DNA of 64,000 bases from Eledone cirrhosa (Eukaryota), in assembly GCA_964016885.1 (NCBI GenBank), contig OZ024747.1, positions 15,872,001-15,936,000 on the forward strand, given 5' to 3'. A program made the position numbers and the translations under genes. Position 1 is the stretch's first letter, and the number at the start of each line of letters is the position of its first letter. Below are positions 27,835-40,281 of the stretch, piece by piece. Below the pieces are notes generated by a model. The model searched no databases, had not been told where the DNA came from, and saw nothing but the letters and a program-made list of their open reading frames with translations.

Positions 27835-30695
27835 TACAGCGTGGTAGAGAGTGAGGGAGGACATAGACAACATACATATCTTTATCTTTCAAATCGGTAC
27901 GATTCTAGCTCTTTCTAATTTTCATTTCCCCCTTCTCCCCCTTAATCTTGCCCCATTTCTCTCGTGCTTGTATTTTTCCATCAACTCTTTGTTTTGACCT
28001 CATCATATTTTTATTCTTGCATCATATAATTTTTCATATTCCTATATTATATATCTATATTTTGCTTTTGTACATTTTGAAGAAAATATTATTGTACATT
28101 CTTAGTGTACGCATGTGTACCTGCATGATTTTGTGCATATATATGCATGTATGAGACATCTTAGGCCTGTCTTTATCTGCATACAATCAGGCTTACGCCT
28201 ACAGATTTAAGTTAGTGTTTTTTTTCATGAAAGTATAATTGTATACACAACCGCATAACAGAAGAAAAAAATGATATCATATATACATGAATATATAAAC
28301 TGGAATGTATCTATCTCTACCCCGCTCTCTGTCTCTCTCTTTCTCTCTCTCTTCTCCTCTTTCTATATATATATATATATACATATATATCTGGCGCTAT
28401 ATATATATATATTCCTAAACATTTACATTGCTCAATAATATGTAAAAAGTCAAGAGCAGAGGAATTCCTTTTTGTAACGTATAATTGAGGTACGAAAATG
28501 TTTTGTGAGTTTGGAGAAAACCTACTTGAGTTTTTTTTTATTTTGAACTGTTCTTTAAATATGATATAAAAGACTCATTATCCACGATATAAAACTCGCT
28601 TTTTCTATTTATTTTCAATTACTCTATATCTCATTATATTTATATTTCCAGAATCGTCTTCTTTTGTCTTGCTACTTTGTCTTGAAAATTCCTCATCATA
28701 TTGAATTGCTTTGTACTTTTATTTTAAAGTCTGGCATATTCTTTAGACGTTTTATCTTAAGCAGTATTCTCTAGTTATGATAAGGCAGTGAACCCGTCTG
28801 TCATGGCAAGTTAAAATATTATTAAATCTCTAAATCGAAAGATTCCGTTTTGAGTTGAAATATACAAGTTCAGTATGGCCTCTCGATAAAATCAAGTTTG
28901 GATCAAATAATAATTATTTATTTCCTTTCTTTTTAAAATGAAACGGAATGTTTTATTAAGGAGGTCTTCAACCTATACATATACAATCCAATACGGATCA
29001 CTGAAATGTTTACTGTGGTTTGTGAAAAAAATGAGGCTTTCTTCATGATTGTTCTTCATGACATTATTCATGATATTATACATCGACTTTAATATATTAT
29101 TCTTTTATAAAAAAGAATACATTTTTTTTTTGTATATAAAGGAAAATATAACGAAAAGTGCGGTCATATGTATGGTTTCTATTATAAACTTTAAGTATCA
29201 TTATCAAGTTTTATCTTTCAGCAATATTTGTGGTACTTATTCTTAAAGAAATTGGAGAAAAATTCAACAAATATTTTCGATGATAAACTAGTGAGATAGT
29301 CATGTGCAACCTTCACTTAATTACTTTTATATGTTTACAGATATAGTTTGCAAACCACAGATATCCGAGTTAGTGCTAATTGGAGTTATTATTATGATGT
29401 TGTGCCTATATGAGACGTTTTACTTATATTATAAATAATACAAACAGAACGAAACTTTTTCTTCAAGAATTGTCGTTTGTAAGACGAAGAAATATTTTGA
29501 AAATATTGCCAGCTTTATTCATAGAAAAATTCTCATAGGAAACATTTGCGATAAGAAGACACGTAAAATGACGACCCGTATATAACTTCAAATCTGCAAT
29601 ACAGTGGGTTTAGCTTAAACAACTTTTTTTTTTGTAAATCACTTTGTAAAATTCTGAACACTTTTAATGAGTGTATCATTAGTGTGCAGTGCTGGTCTCA
29701 TGTCATTTCGTGAATCGGAGAAAGCAACATAAACCTCTTTAATTTCACTGTCACATGAGAATGACAACGATTTCTTTCGACTAAATATAATATATGGTTA
29801 AAATTATGTTTCTGGTTACATTCCATGCTACGATGTAGATATAGAATTGTCGCAGTATCAGCATATATTCCCTAACGTATTTAGTTAAATCACGTTACAT
29901 TCTGAGTTCATATCTCTCCATTATGTCTAGTTACAGCGTCTACTAAATACTCTCTCCATAAGAATTTGTTACCTCTGATATGGTTCATAACTAAGACACG
30001 AGGGCAAAAATATATTAGTATTTTGTGGAAGATTAGAGAGGGATGGCATAATCTCCATTGATCTAAATATTTTACTCATTTTCCAAATTCCCACTACTTC
30101 TGTGAGGATAAGAATAAGAATAATATTGATTACTACTCTTAACTCACAGCTACTACGAATCACAAGACCAGGCATTTTATAAAAGAAACAGTCATTTACA
30201 TCGAGTTCAGCAATTAATTGGGAATTTAAATTATTGATCCAGCATCATAACGTCTTTTGAATTCAGCACCCAAACAGACAGAATAAACACCGAAAGGCAT
30301 TTTTTCGATGTTCTAACTTAGGAAGAAATGTTAATCTCTCAATAGTTTTACCATCATCACCAGGTGCCTTTATCAACGACCACTTTATTGCGCCGATTCG
30401 TGCCAGGTCTCAGATAGAGCAAAACTGTCGCCCTCATATCAAATTCAGATATTTTAGAATTCCTTGTAGTAGATATAAAGAGGGCGAGAGTTTGCTGTTA
30501 ATTGATATAGAGATGGAGTTTGTGAGAGATGAATGTAGATACTTATAGAGAGGGATGAGTGTATTAGTGTTACATAGAGAGATGATTAGAGAGTCGGTGT
30601 CATGGAAGATATAGAGAGGGGGAAAGTTTGGTTTTAGTAGATACAGAGAATGGATTAAAGAGAGATGTTTGTGATAGACATAGAGAGGAGGAGAG

Positions 30696-30866
30696 TTTCC
30701 TGGTACTCTCGGGTCCCAAAAGTCAATACCGAAGTAGTTTAAATATTCATTTATTATGGCTAAGTGATGACCTTATTACTTTTGATCTCACCTGGGTACT
30801 CAGGAGATCACCAGTCTTGTCTGATGACCCTGTGTGTGTGCAGGTAAAAATAGCCATAATAAATAA

Positions 30867-30870
<4 letters not shown>
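30696..30870. mobile_element. PLE-type inverted terminus pair with degenerate HHR
   Basis: 30749-30762 is inverted to 30851-30864. + strand ttgt CTGATGA c-cctg..cagg-t AAAAA tagcca TA ataa, followed by (TA)n. Confidence 0.5.
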
Positions 30871-30897
<27 letters not shown>

Positions 30898-31158
30898 GTA
30901 GGTGAAGAAATTGGGTATAATACCAGTTTCTTAGCAAATGTGAAGCAGCTCGATATATTAACCCCCAACTACCAAAACACACATCTATTTGGATATGCGC
31001 TACAATTTACGTACATGTTATGTTTATCGTCTGACCATTTTTGAGTGCAAAGAGTTAAACTAAATTGACCAAAACAGCCCCCACCCCACCCACTCCACCC
31101 ACCACCACCATCACCATACACAATTCCGAAATACTTCCACCACCGCCCCTGTATAATA

Positions 31159-31190
<32 letters not shown>

Positions 31191-31195
<5 letters not shown>

Positions 31196-32290
31196 AAGTT
31201 TGTCCTCATCAGTGGCCATCCAACCGTCGTAGGCATTTCGTCGCATTAAAGACCATATACCTCAGGTTGGTGCGAGCAACGGCTAAAAAAAAGTCGTTGG
31301 GACACGTAAATAAAGGGGACGCTAGGGTAAACAAACAAAATGGTTTAAGCAGCAGAAAGAGAGGAAGAAGGAAACAAGTCCCAGATTTCTATGAATATAA
31401 ATTCGGTGAAATCGTGAACGAGAGAATAAAGACCATCAAACCTGGTTGAAATGTGAGCAAGGTTCTGCTGCTTAAACCATTTTGTTTGTTTACCCTAGCG
31501 TCCCCTTTATTTACGTGACCCAACGACTTTTTTTTAGACGTTGCTCGCACCAACCTGAGGTATATGGCCTTTAATGCGACAAAATGCCTACGACGGTTGG
31601 ATGGCCACTGATGAGGACAAACTTGTTCATATGTAACCCATTTGCAGCGCCGCAGCTCCATTATTATCATATTTACACATATATTTTTTCCTCCGCTGCC
31701 ACCAGTCTGTTTCGTTGTTTGTGTCTTTACCCTTCTAGCAGTCTCTCTCTGTTAGCCTCTTCCTCACCTTTCACTCACTCACTCTCTGTCACTACCTCTC
31801 TTCCTCCCCTTTCTTCCCGTTTGACCTGTCCACAATCCTTTTCTCGCGGGCACTTGGCCAAGCCGGTATGAATTTTTTCTCTCTCTCTCGTCTGCGACTT
31901 CACAGAACTTATGTTTACCGAATTCGCAGACCAGACCCCTTCTTCCTCCCGTTAGACCTGTGCGAAATTCCTTCCTTGCTCACATTTCAACCAGGTTTGA
32001 TGGTCTTTATTCTCTCGTTCATGATTTCACCGAATTTATATTCATAGAAATCTGGGACTTGTATCCTTCTTCCTCTCTTTCTGCTGCTTAAACCATTTTG
32101 TTTGTTTACCCTAGCGTCCCCTTTATTTACGAGTCCCAACGACTTTTTTTTAGCCGTTGCTCGCACCAACCTGAGGTATATGGCCTTTAATGCGACGAAA
32201 TGCCTACGACGGTTGGATGGCCACTGATGAGGAAAAGCTTTTTCATATGTAACCCATTTGCAGCGCCGCAGCTCCATTATTATCATATAT
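31191..32290 (+). mobile_element. Non-coding PLE-like mini element: inverted copy plus partial tandem (616-bp period)
   Basis: 31191-31462 is the reverse complement of about 31975-32245. 31463-31672 repeats directly at 32079-32288. Both direct copies share a tail of about 40 nt that the inverted copy lacks. (TA)n on both flanks. Confidence 0.8.
32166..32244 (+). ncRNA. Candidate non-circularly permuted hammerhead ribozyme
   Basis: All core nucleotides are present in the order [aggtaT-A-tggcc] [c-GAAA-tgcct] [ggcca-CTGATGA-g]. See the corresponding finding. Confidence 0.5.
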
Positions 32291-32298
32291 ATATATAT

Positions 32299-32725
32299 AT
32301 ATTAATAAAAGGAATTCCAACTTTGTCTGATTTACTCGTTTTATTTACAATCCTTTAAAATTTATAATGGTATTAGAATGAAATAGTATGGTAGAATATT
32401 AAATGTTAAGTGTTAATTGAACAAGTACTTTTATGCTTTCGCAATCTTCAGGTTCAAATTGTGTGGTGACAGTCAAGTTTGCAATTTTCAAGTGATGAAA
32501 ATTGCAAACTTGACTGTCACCACACAATATGAACCTGAAGATTGCGAAAGCATGAAAGTACTTGTTCAATTAACACTTAACATTTAATATTCTACCATAC
32601 TATTTGATTCTAATACCATTATAAGTTTTAAAGGATTGTAAATAAAACGAGTAAATCAGACAAAGTTGGAATTCCTTTTATTAATATAATCTTCTATACA
32701 CAATCATACACACCCGTGTATATTT
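32299..32725 (+). mobile_element. Palindrome with arms of about 190 bp (PLE fold-back), with minimal HHR and tail
   Basis: Arms 32299-32490 and 32496-32687 with a 5-nt loop and a few mismatches. tgaac CTGAAGA ttgc GAAA gca..tac TT gttca at 32530-32568. Confidence 0.8.
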
Positions 32726-32726
32726 A

Positions 32727-32783
<57 letters not shown>

Positions 32784-34469
32784 CTTATAAGAAAAATGAG
32801 AAGACCTACTTCACGAAATCTAATCCAGCATTTCCATCGACTTCGATATTTTTGCCTTTACCTATGCTCTAGAATCTTCATGAATTATTTCTTTTATAAT
32901 TTCCTTCATTCAAGTACTCTCTTTCTTGACTTCGTTATTTTACATATGTTGATTTTATCAACTCTATTTCACTACCATTAACTTACAAAAATCTTTATTT
33001 TTTCTTTAGGTTTAATCTTCATATATTTAAATGCGTTCGTATAGGTTTCTTTTAACGGAGGTTCTCCATGTTTTCTCTTAAATCTAATTTTCTCTTCTTG
33101 TTTTCTCTTAAACCTAATTTTATTATTAGGACCTCTTTCATTATCTTTCCAACTTATCTTCTTCATTCTCTCTTTCATTCTCTATTCATCTTATGTCTAT
33201 TTTCCTCTCTTTCATCGTCACCCCTACCTTATTCTTTGTTATTTTCATTCTCTCTAATCCTTACATCCCTTTCCTCTTTATTTCTCCCTTTCACCTTTCC
33301 CTCGTTTTTCTCTCTTTATATCCTTCCTCCCTGTGTTTCACACTCTCTTTCGTTGCCTTATTCCCCTCTTTCGATTTTACATTCTCTCCTTTCTCTCTTC
33401 CACTTATTTTGTCCTTTTTCTTTTCTTCTCTTCAATCTATCGCCCACTTTCCTTCTTTACTTTATCTCTTTCTTTTTCCTTTCCTTTCTCTCTCCCCATT
33501 ATGTTTCTCTCAACCCCTTCTTTTTCTCATTCTAATTTATTTTGTATCCGTCTCACTGTTTCTTCCCCGCCCTACAATAACACACTACAAACTCCATTAA
33601 TTTACAAACACTTTTCAACCCTTCTGGTTACATAACCAATTCAAGCATCTCAATTAGATTTATCAGCTGATGAAATTTCTATTACTGTAAATTAACTCAA
33701 TTATCTCCAATAAATCCTATTCTCGCATTGAATTATAATATATTTTATGATTATTTTGTATAATTATTATTATTTTCTTTAAGGAGTTAATGGAGTGGAA
33801 AATAACATTAATATTTAAAATATACATATTTAAAAAAAAAAGGCAATACACATTCTTGAAAGTGGAGAGACAGAAAGAAGAAGGGTAAAGAGAGAAAATA
33901 AGGAAAAGACAAACAGTGAGAGTGGTAGTGGGGGTGGGGGAGAAAAGAGAATGTAGAAGAGACGGAGAGAAGGGGATAAAAGGAGAGAGAATATAGGATA
34001 GCCACAGAGAGAGGGGGTATAAAAAGAGACGTAATGTATGTTATAGAGAGTGGAATATCAAGGGAGAGAACCTGAGAAAATCTCTGAGAGAGGGTACAGG
34101 ATACAGGAAAGAATGTAAGAAGATCAGAGAGTGAGAAACAACAACGAATTAGGCAGAATGTTTCGCATTTAGTAACTATATGAAAATAAAAGTGTATGTA
34201 ACCCTAACCCTGATGAGTATAGCAGAATGTCAAACAATTAGATAAGTAAGATCGAAAACATACTCAAGAAAATTACCGTAGATTCTAACAGTGAGGATGA
34301 CAAGATTCATAGTACAGAACTAGAACCTAAATGAAAATCAGTCCAATGAACGGGATCATTACATTGATAAATACATGAGTACATGTCACTGGCTGAATTC
34401 AGGAAATTGCCCGCTAGAAGGGAAAGTTTTAAGGAGAAATATAATCTATATATGCAAGATATCTCACTA

Positions 34470-34680
34470 AGAACACGAAGTATTAGAGTGAAAAAAAACA
34501 AACGATTTTACGCCTTTAGGATTGTGTGCAGTAAACACAGTGCATCACTAGCAGAATATATTTGGAGATTAAAAGACTAGAAATTAAGTCATGCTTTAAG
34601 TTGATCCAACATTAATTCAACTGGTCAATATTAAGAGCTGGATATGAATGTGCTTTCTGCTCCATTGAAACAATAGAATT
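34470..34680 (+). pseudogene. Decayed PLE GIY-YIG C-terminal fragment
   Basis: KHSASLAEYIWRLKD and, downstream, ECAFCSIET, paralleling TxLSxxIWxLK / CxLCxxE of the 24440 element. Confidence 0.6.
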
Positions 34681-34764
34681 ATCTTTCTTTTCCCGTTTTT
34701 TTTAATATTTTCTTATTTTACATTTCATTCTTTCTTCTCAATCTAAATTTTCTTTTTTTCTTTT

Positions 34765-35510
34765 TGAGAAAATCAAGCACCCTGCTAACTGAACCGAGAA
34801 GCCTTGTATATGCAGAATGGAGTAGGTTGAGGTACTTTTGTTAAGACGACGATAATCTCTGCTGGGTCGCCAATCTCTATTGGGTTTTAACGCTTCGTGT
34901 AGAGGTGAAGACCAGGGACGGTTTGATCGATGAACGCTGCCTAAAGCTTCCATATTGTCAAATTTGACCTTCACCATAGCAAATTTGTCTGGTGGTAGAT
35001 GACATACTCAGCTGTGTACTGGAGAACTAGTGGTTGGAATGTAGTGCTTTACTCTGTGGTGAGTTGTGGATTGGGAGATCTCATGATAATGAGTTTCAGG
35101 TAATTCAAAAGGAATTCCGAGAACTCGTTCTTGGTCTCAGAGACGTTTGATATATGAAAAGTCACACGTGCAGATGTTGCCAGAGATGCAGAGGCATACT
35201 TACTGCTATTGACGAGTCGTCTCCCCCGGTTATTGACCAGCAGTGAGTGAGCCCGAAGGAAGCCTGCTCCAATGATAGGCTGATGGGCTTCAGCGACGGT
35301 GAATGTCCATGTATATTACTGTGACCCTCTGTAAGCTTTGTAGAATAATTGGCAGCTGCCACTGACTCCCCTCTCTATAACGGAGGTCGTTTGCAGATGC
35401 CCGAACGACACTGACTGTGTCGATTAAGAATCTGACTGGAGATCTGATCATAGACATACAGGACAGTTGATCATGTTTGCCGACCACCAGGGTGTTTATT
35501 GGTGGCAGGT
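34765..35510 (-). pseudogene. Ty3/Gypsy pol remnant (protease plus RT N-terminus)
   Basis: RFLIDT(..)VSVV; VKHYIPT; FDNMEALG..RSNRPWSSPLH..KPNRDWRP..DYRRLN..YSILHIQ..LAGCLIFSK. Confidence 0.88.
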
Positions 35511-35904
35511 CCTAGAGTTTCTCCCGGAGTCGATGGTGAAGAGCTATTGAAGTTACATGGTTACTTGGTATCTTTTGTTTCAAATTACTTGTGAAAGAAA
35601 CACATATCACTTTACGTGACCTCATTGTCTTGTGGTTGACCTGGTGGTGTTCATTCTCCCTCATTGCACCCTTTTACCGCCTCTTTCCCACACTTTCACA
35701 CTTTGTATCTCTCTTTACCCCTCTTCCCTACTTTTCCCCATGTTTTAACTCCTCTTTCCCTATTTCTTTAACCTGCTGTCTTCCCTCCTCTTTTCCATCC
35801 TTTCTTCCCTTGATGTTTTTCCTCCCCTTCTTCTACTTCTGCCTCTCCAACCAATTCTTTCAATACCCCCTTTTACTCCACTTCCTACCCTCTTTCTCCC
35901 TTTC

Positions 35905-36810
35905 TTGATTTCACCACTTTACCTACCATTTTACACACTATCATTATTTTAGCTAAAATTTTACCCAATATTATTATTTTACCTACCTTTCCAGCATAGT
36001 TACGTCCCTTTACGATCTGAGTTCAAATCCCGCCGAGGTTGACTTTGCCTTTCATCCTTACGGGGTCGATAAAATAAAGTACCAGTAATGCACTGGGTAA
36101 TTGCTGGCCTTGTGCCTAAAATAGAAACAATTATTATTTTACCTACCACTTTCCCACAATAATCATTTTACCCACCATTTTAGTCACAATTATTATTTTA
36201 CCTACCACGTTTACCCATAATAATCAATTTACCCACTATGTTACCCACTATAATCATTTTGCCCACAATTTTACCCACAATAATTATTTTCCCCACCATT
36301 TTACCCACAATAGTCATTTTACCCACTATTTTACCCACAATCATTATTTACCCACAATAATCTGTTTTTATTTGAGGGGGCCGTTTTTTTATTTGGGGTA
36401 GGGGTAGGGGGATTCGTTTTTTATTGGGGATTGGGGGGGGGAATTTTTTACCGCCAAATATTCTTTAACCTATCATTTTACCCACAATAATTTTTTTACC
36501 CATCTCTTTACCCACAATAATCATTTTACCTACCCTTTTACCCACACTAATTATTTTACCTACAACTTTACCCACAATAATTATTTTACCTACCACTTTA
36601 TCAACAATAATCATTTTACCCACCATATTACACACAATAATTATTCTACCCACCATTTTACCCACATAATTATTTTACCTACCATTACCCACAATAATTA
36701 TTTTACCTACCATTTTATTCACAATAATTATTTTACGCACACTAATCATTTTACCCACAACTTTACCCACAATAATCATTTTACCCACCCATTTACCCAC
36801 AATCATTATT
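35905..36810. repeat. Minisatellite with unit of about 30 bp (ttttacccacaataattattttacctacca variants)
   Basis: Directly visible. Interrupted by a SINE and by a G-rich patch at 36361-36465. Confidence 0.85.
35988..36130 (+). mobile_element. SINE, 5'-truncated, inserted in the minisatellite
   Basis: 17-bp TSD ttattattttacctacc at 35971-35987 and 36131-36147. Confidence 0.9.
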
Positions 36811-37362
36811 TATTATGTTTCCAGCAATTCTTTACTGAGACATTCTAACCACATGCTCATAATATCGGAGTTACGTTACTCCAAAGACCCTTCGGAGGAA
36901 TCCCATTTCTGCCACTTATATTTGCATTTGTATTCTTTTGGTCATTACTTCATGATCCTCGGTAAGAGTTGGCAGGAATACCAGGAAGACAGCGAGTTTG
37001 GCTTTTACACCTACCCCCTTCTTCTGATTGCTGAGGCTGGCGCATTACTGCATCAGCTTTTGCAATTCCTGCACTTAATTCAGCCTCCTGCATTCTATCA
37101 CTCATGAACACGGCTCCAAGAACTTCTCTAACTGCTTCAGTAGAACCCCATTCACATGTACTGTATATACATTTGAGGAACTTCTGTCCACCCGTCCATC
37201 ACGCAATGTGTATGTGTGTTTGTGTGAATGTATGTGTGTGTAAAAGGAAGGAAAGAGATACACACATATAAATGTCTAATTTAAAAACAGTGACACACAC
37301 ACGTGTCTCTAATTTAAGAACGCCGACAAACTCACGCGCGCGCACATACACACACTGTCCTA

Positions 37363-38030
37363 TTACCACTCAAGAGCTTTGGTCCGGGCAAACATCTTCT
37401 CAATTTTGGAACCGTCTGGGTTGTCCTGGATTGATGGCAAAAGACCTGACGGTCTTACTCTGTTCTCCTGGTCAAGAGGCAGGTGCCTTACCTGGGACGT
37501 CACAGTTAGTGACTCTTTTGCTTCTTCCCACATTCTGGATGCAGCGGTAAGGGCGAGAGCTACAGCATCCGCAGCTGAACGGAACAACATCCTAAAATAC
37601 TGTGTTCTGTCACCTAACTACATTATCCAGCCTGTGGCGTTCGAGACGTTTGGGGGAGTCAGGCTACTGACAGCGAGATTCTTATCTTCACTGGCGGCTC
37701 GCCAAACAGCGGTAACTGGTGATGCTCGTGAGGGCACTTGGTTCTTCCAGCACATCAGCCTCCCCATCACCCCAGGTAACGCTCCTCGCTATATTGCTAT
37801 CCTTTGCTCTGGTAGCGGCTCGCTTTTCCCCACTCTTTCACCTTCATATTGTTCTGTGGCCTAAGATGTGTGTATTACCTGCTTGTGTACTTTTTCTCTT
37901 TCTTTTTTTCCTTTCCCTTTCCTTTGTATATATTATATTTGTTAGTGTTATCGTTCTGTAACCATTATATTAAATGAGTTTAACAATAAAAAGAGTTAAT
38001 AAATAAATAAAGAGTTAATAAATAAATAAA
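37363..38030 (+). mobile_element. CRE-clade non-LTR retrotransposon 3' fragment (restriction-like endonuclease)
   Basis: LEPSGL..DGKRPDGLT..W..GRCLTWDVTV..AAE..KY..QPVAFETFG..FFQHIS..PGNA. A-rich (aata)n tail at 37983-38030. Confidence 0.85.
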
Positions 38031-38503
38031 ACGTTATACTTGTTTTACCCTCCCATTTCCAATTTCACCAAACGCTGCTATCATGATTATGTGTGTGTTT
38101 GTCTAAATGTATGTGTGAATGTATGTATGTTTGTGTGAAAGTATGTGTGAATATATGTGTATTTGTGTGAATTATGTCCGTGAGGGTGTATTTTTATAAG
38201 TTTCTGTTTGCGCGATTATAGTTATATACTCGTAATAGTTATATACTCATACATATAGATGTGTGTATGTGCACACTCAGACGCGTCAGCGTGTAGAAAA
38301 TAATAATCTCTCTATCTCTCTCATCACGCACTCTATCTTTCTCGATATATGGTAGTTGAAGTGGTGGTGGTGGCGATGATATACCGGAAGTGCAACTTTG
38401 AAAAGAAGTCAATTTTAAATTATTTATTTTTACGAAGTTATTTATGTTTACGAAATTTAGTACATAAATTATGTAATATTCATTCATTATTTATTCAAAG
38501 TAA

Positions 38504-38689
38504 GGGCGGTGGATTGGCAATATCGGTAGAGAGACGGACGCCATGCTTTGAAGCATAGAGTTACGTCCCTTTATGATCTGAGTTCAAATCCCGCCGAGGT
38601 TAACTTTGCCTTTCATCCTTACGGGGTCGATAAAATAAAGTACCAGTAATGCACTGGGTATTTGCTGGCCTTGTGCCTAAATAGAAACA
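38504..38689 (+). mobile_element. tRNA-derived SINE, full length
   Basis: 18-bp TSD attatttattcaaagtaa at 38486-38503 and 38690-38707. Confidence 0.92.
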
Positions 38690-38968
38690 ATTATTTATTC
38701 AAAGTAATCCAACTTATTTTTCTTACTGGATTAAAAGAAATAAACCGTACGCAGTCCCACAGTCCTTCCTTTATTATAGTTTAGATAGATTCGAACGTTC
38801 GGCTACCTTACTGGCTCCCAGATCCTCTCACCACTCAGCACGTCAAACTAATAACAGTTTGGATAATTTTATCTCAGTGTTTGCCTTTTGTAATCACAGA
38901 CACACACACACACAGAAACATACACAGACACACACACAGACACGCACACGCGCGCGCACACACACACA

Positions 38969-39004
<36 letters not shown>

Positions 39005-39854
39005 GTATATTGGTAATGGTTAACTTTGTGAAAAGGAAAAAAATATATAAAATAAATCATATATATATATATATATTGGTGTACTCTGTGTGTGCGTCTC
39101 TGAGTGACTGGGTGTGTTTTCCGGTGAGGTTTTGGGAGGAGTTTTCATGGTGTTTGGTTTCGTATATGTTCAGTTATATCCTTTACAAAGTTGATTAAAT
39201 AGTCAATGTATTTATCGGGGTCATTAAGTGTGGAACAAATTTGCTTAATGAAAGTTAGCGAAAACAAATCAAATATCAATAAATTAATATTCTATGAAAT
39301 GAACATTGTAATATCGATGTTAGTGTTGTATGACATCAGTTGATTGTCTTATGAAGGTGTACACCTCGTTTTTTTTATTTTTGTTTCTATAATCATTGTG
39401 GAAGGTCAGTACCCACGACTGTATTTGGAGTGTCTAAATATATCGAAGGGCCACATGGTGGTGTGAAACCGACTGACGGATTATGGCTAGCACACACAGA
39501 TTAAGAATGCCACAGAAAAGTTAAATCTAACACAGATAGATTATGTCTACCAACGTATAGATGTCACAACCTTTCATATCTTAAGACAAAGGACATTTGG
39601 TGAGTACTGAAAACGTGCCTCCGAATCTAGTGAGGGATCCAGCTACTGGTCCTTTTTTGGCAATAGGTATTCTAGATTTGATAGAAACTGCAATGCCATG
39701 GATTTAGGGTATATAAGTCCTTTTACTTTCTGGCTTCAAATTCCATAGTCTGCTGTGTCAGATAAAATAAATACCAGTAAAGTCTTAGGGTCGATAGTAT
39801 CGATGATATTCTTCCGTCAAATATGTATCACTGGGTTTCTAATATTATAATGAA

Positions 39855-40048
39855 ATAATTGTTTCTACTTTTGGCACAAGGCCAGCAATTATCCCAGTAT
39901 ATTAGTGGTACTTTATGTTATCGACCCCGTAAGGATGAAAGGCTAAGTTAACCTCAGTGGGATTTGAACTCACATCATAAAGGGCCGTAACTCTATGCTG
40001 CAAAGCATGATGCCTGACCCTCTACCAACATTGCCAATCCAGCGCCCT
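39855..40048 (-). mobile_element. tRNA-derived SINE, full length
   Basis: Reverse complement of the family consensus. Confidence 0.9.
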
Positions 40049-40056
40049 AGAAGGAA

Positions 40057-40281
40057 ATAATGATTTCTGATTTAGGCACAAGGCCAGCAATTGTTGGGCA
40101 TAGCATAGGAAAGTCAATTAAATCGACTCCAGTGCATTGCTGGTACTTTATTTTATCGACCCTCGTAAAGATGAAAGGCAAAGCTAACCTAGGCGGGGTT
40201 TGAACACAGACCGTAAAGGGGCCGTAATCCTATGCTGCAAAGCATGGCGTCCGTCCCTCTACCGATACTGCCAATCCACCG
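40057..40281 (-). mobile_element. tRNA-derived SINE, long form
   Basis: Same family with about 30 extra bp (gttgggcatagcataggaaagtcaattaaatcgac) in the 3' half. Confidence 0.88.

Noticed and set aside
31162-32286. Three similar ORFs of about 95 aa (PHQWPSNRRRHF...)
   Set aside because: Antisense readings of the repeated non-coding unit, with starts in TA repeats or the tail.
33660-34275. Isolated CTGATGA at about 33667 and about 34210
   Set aside because: No consistent stem I, II and III arrangement.
36465-36665. VGKIII-repeat ORF
   Set aside because: Translation of the 30-bp minisatellite.
35905-36810. CRISPR-like regular repeats
   Set aside because: Eukaryotic minisatellite without unique spacers or cas genes.
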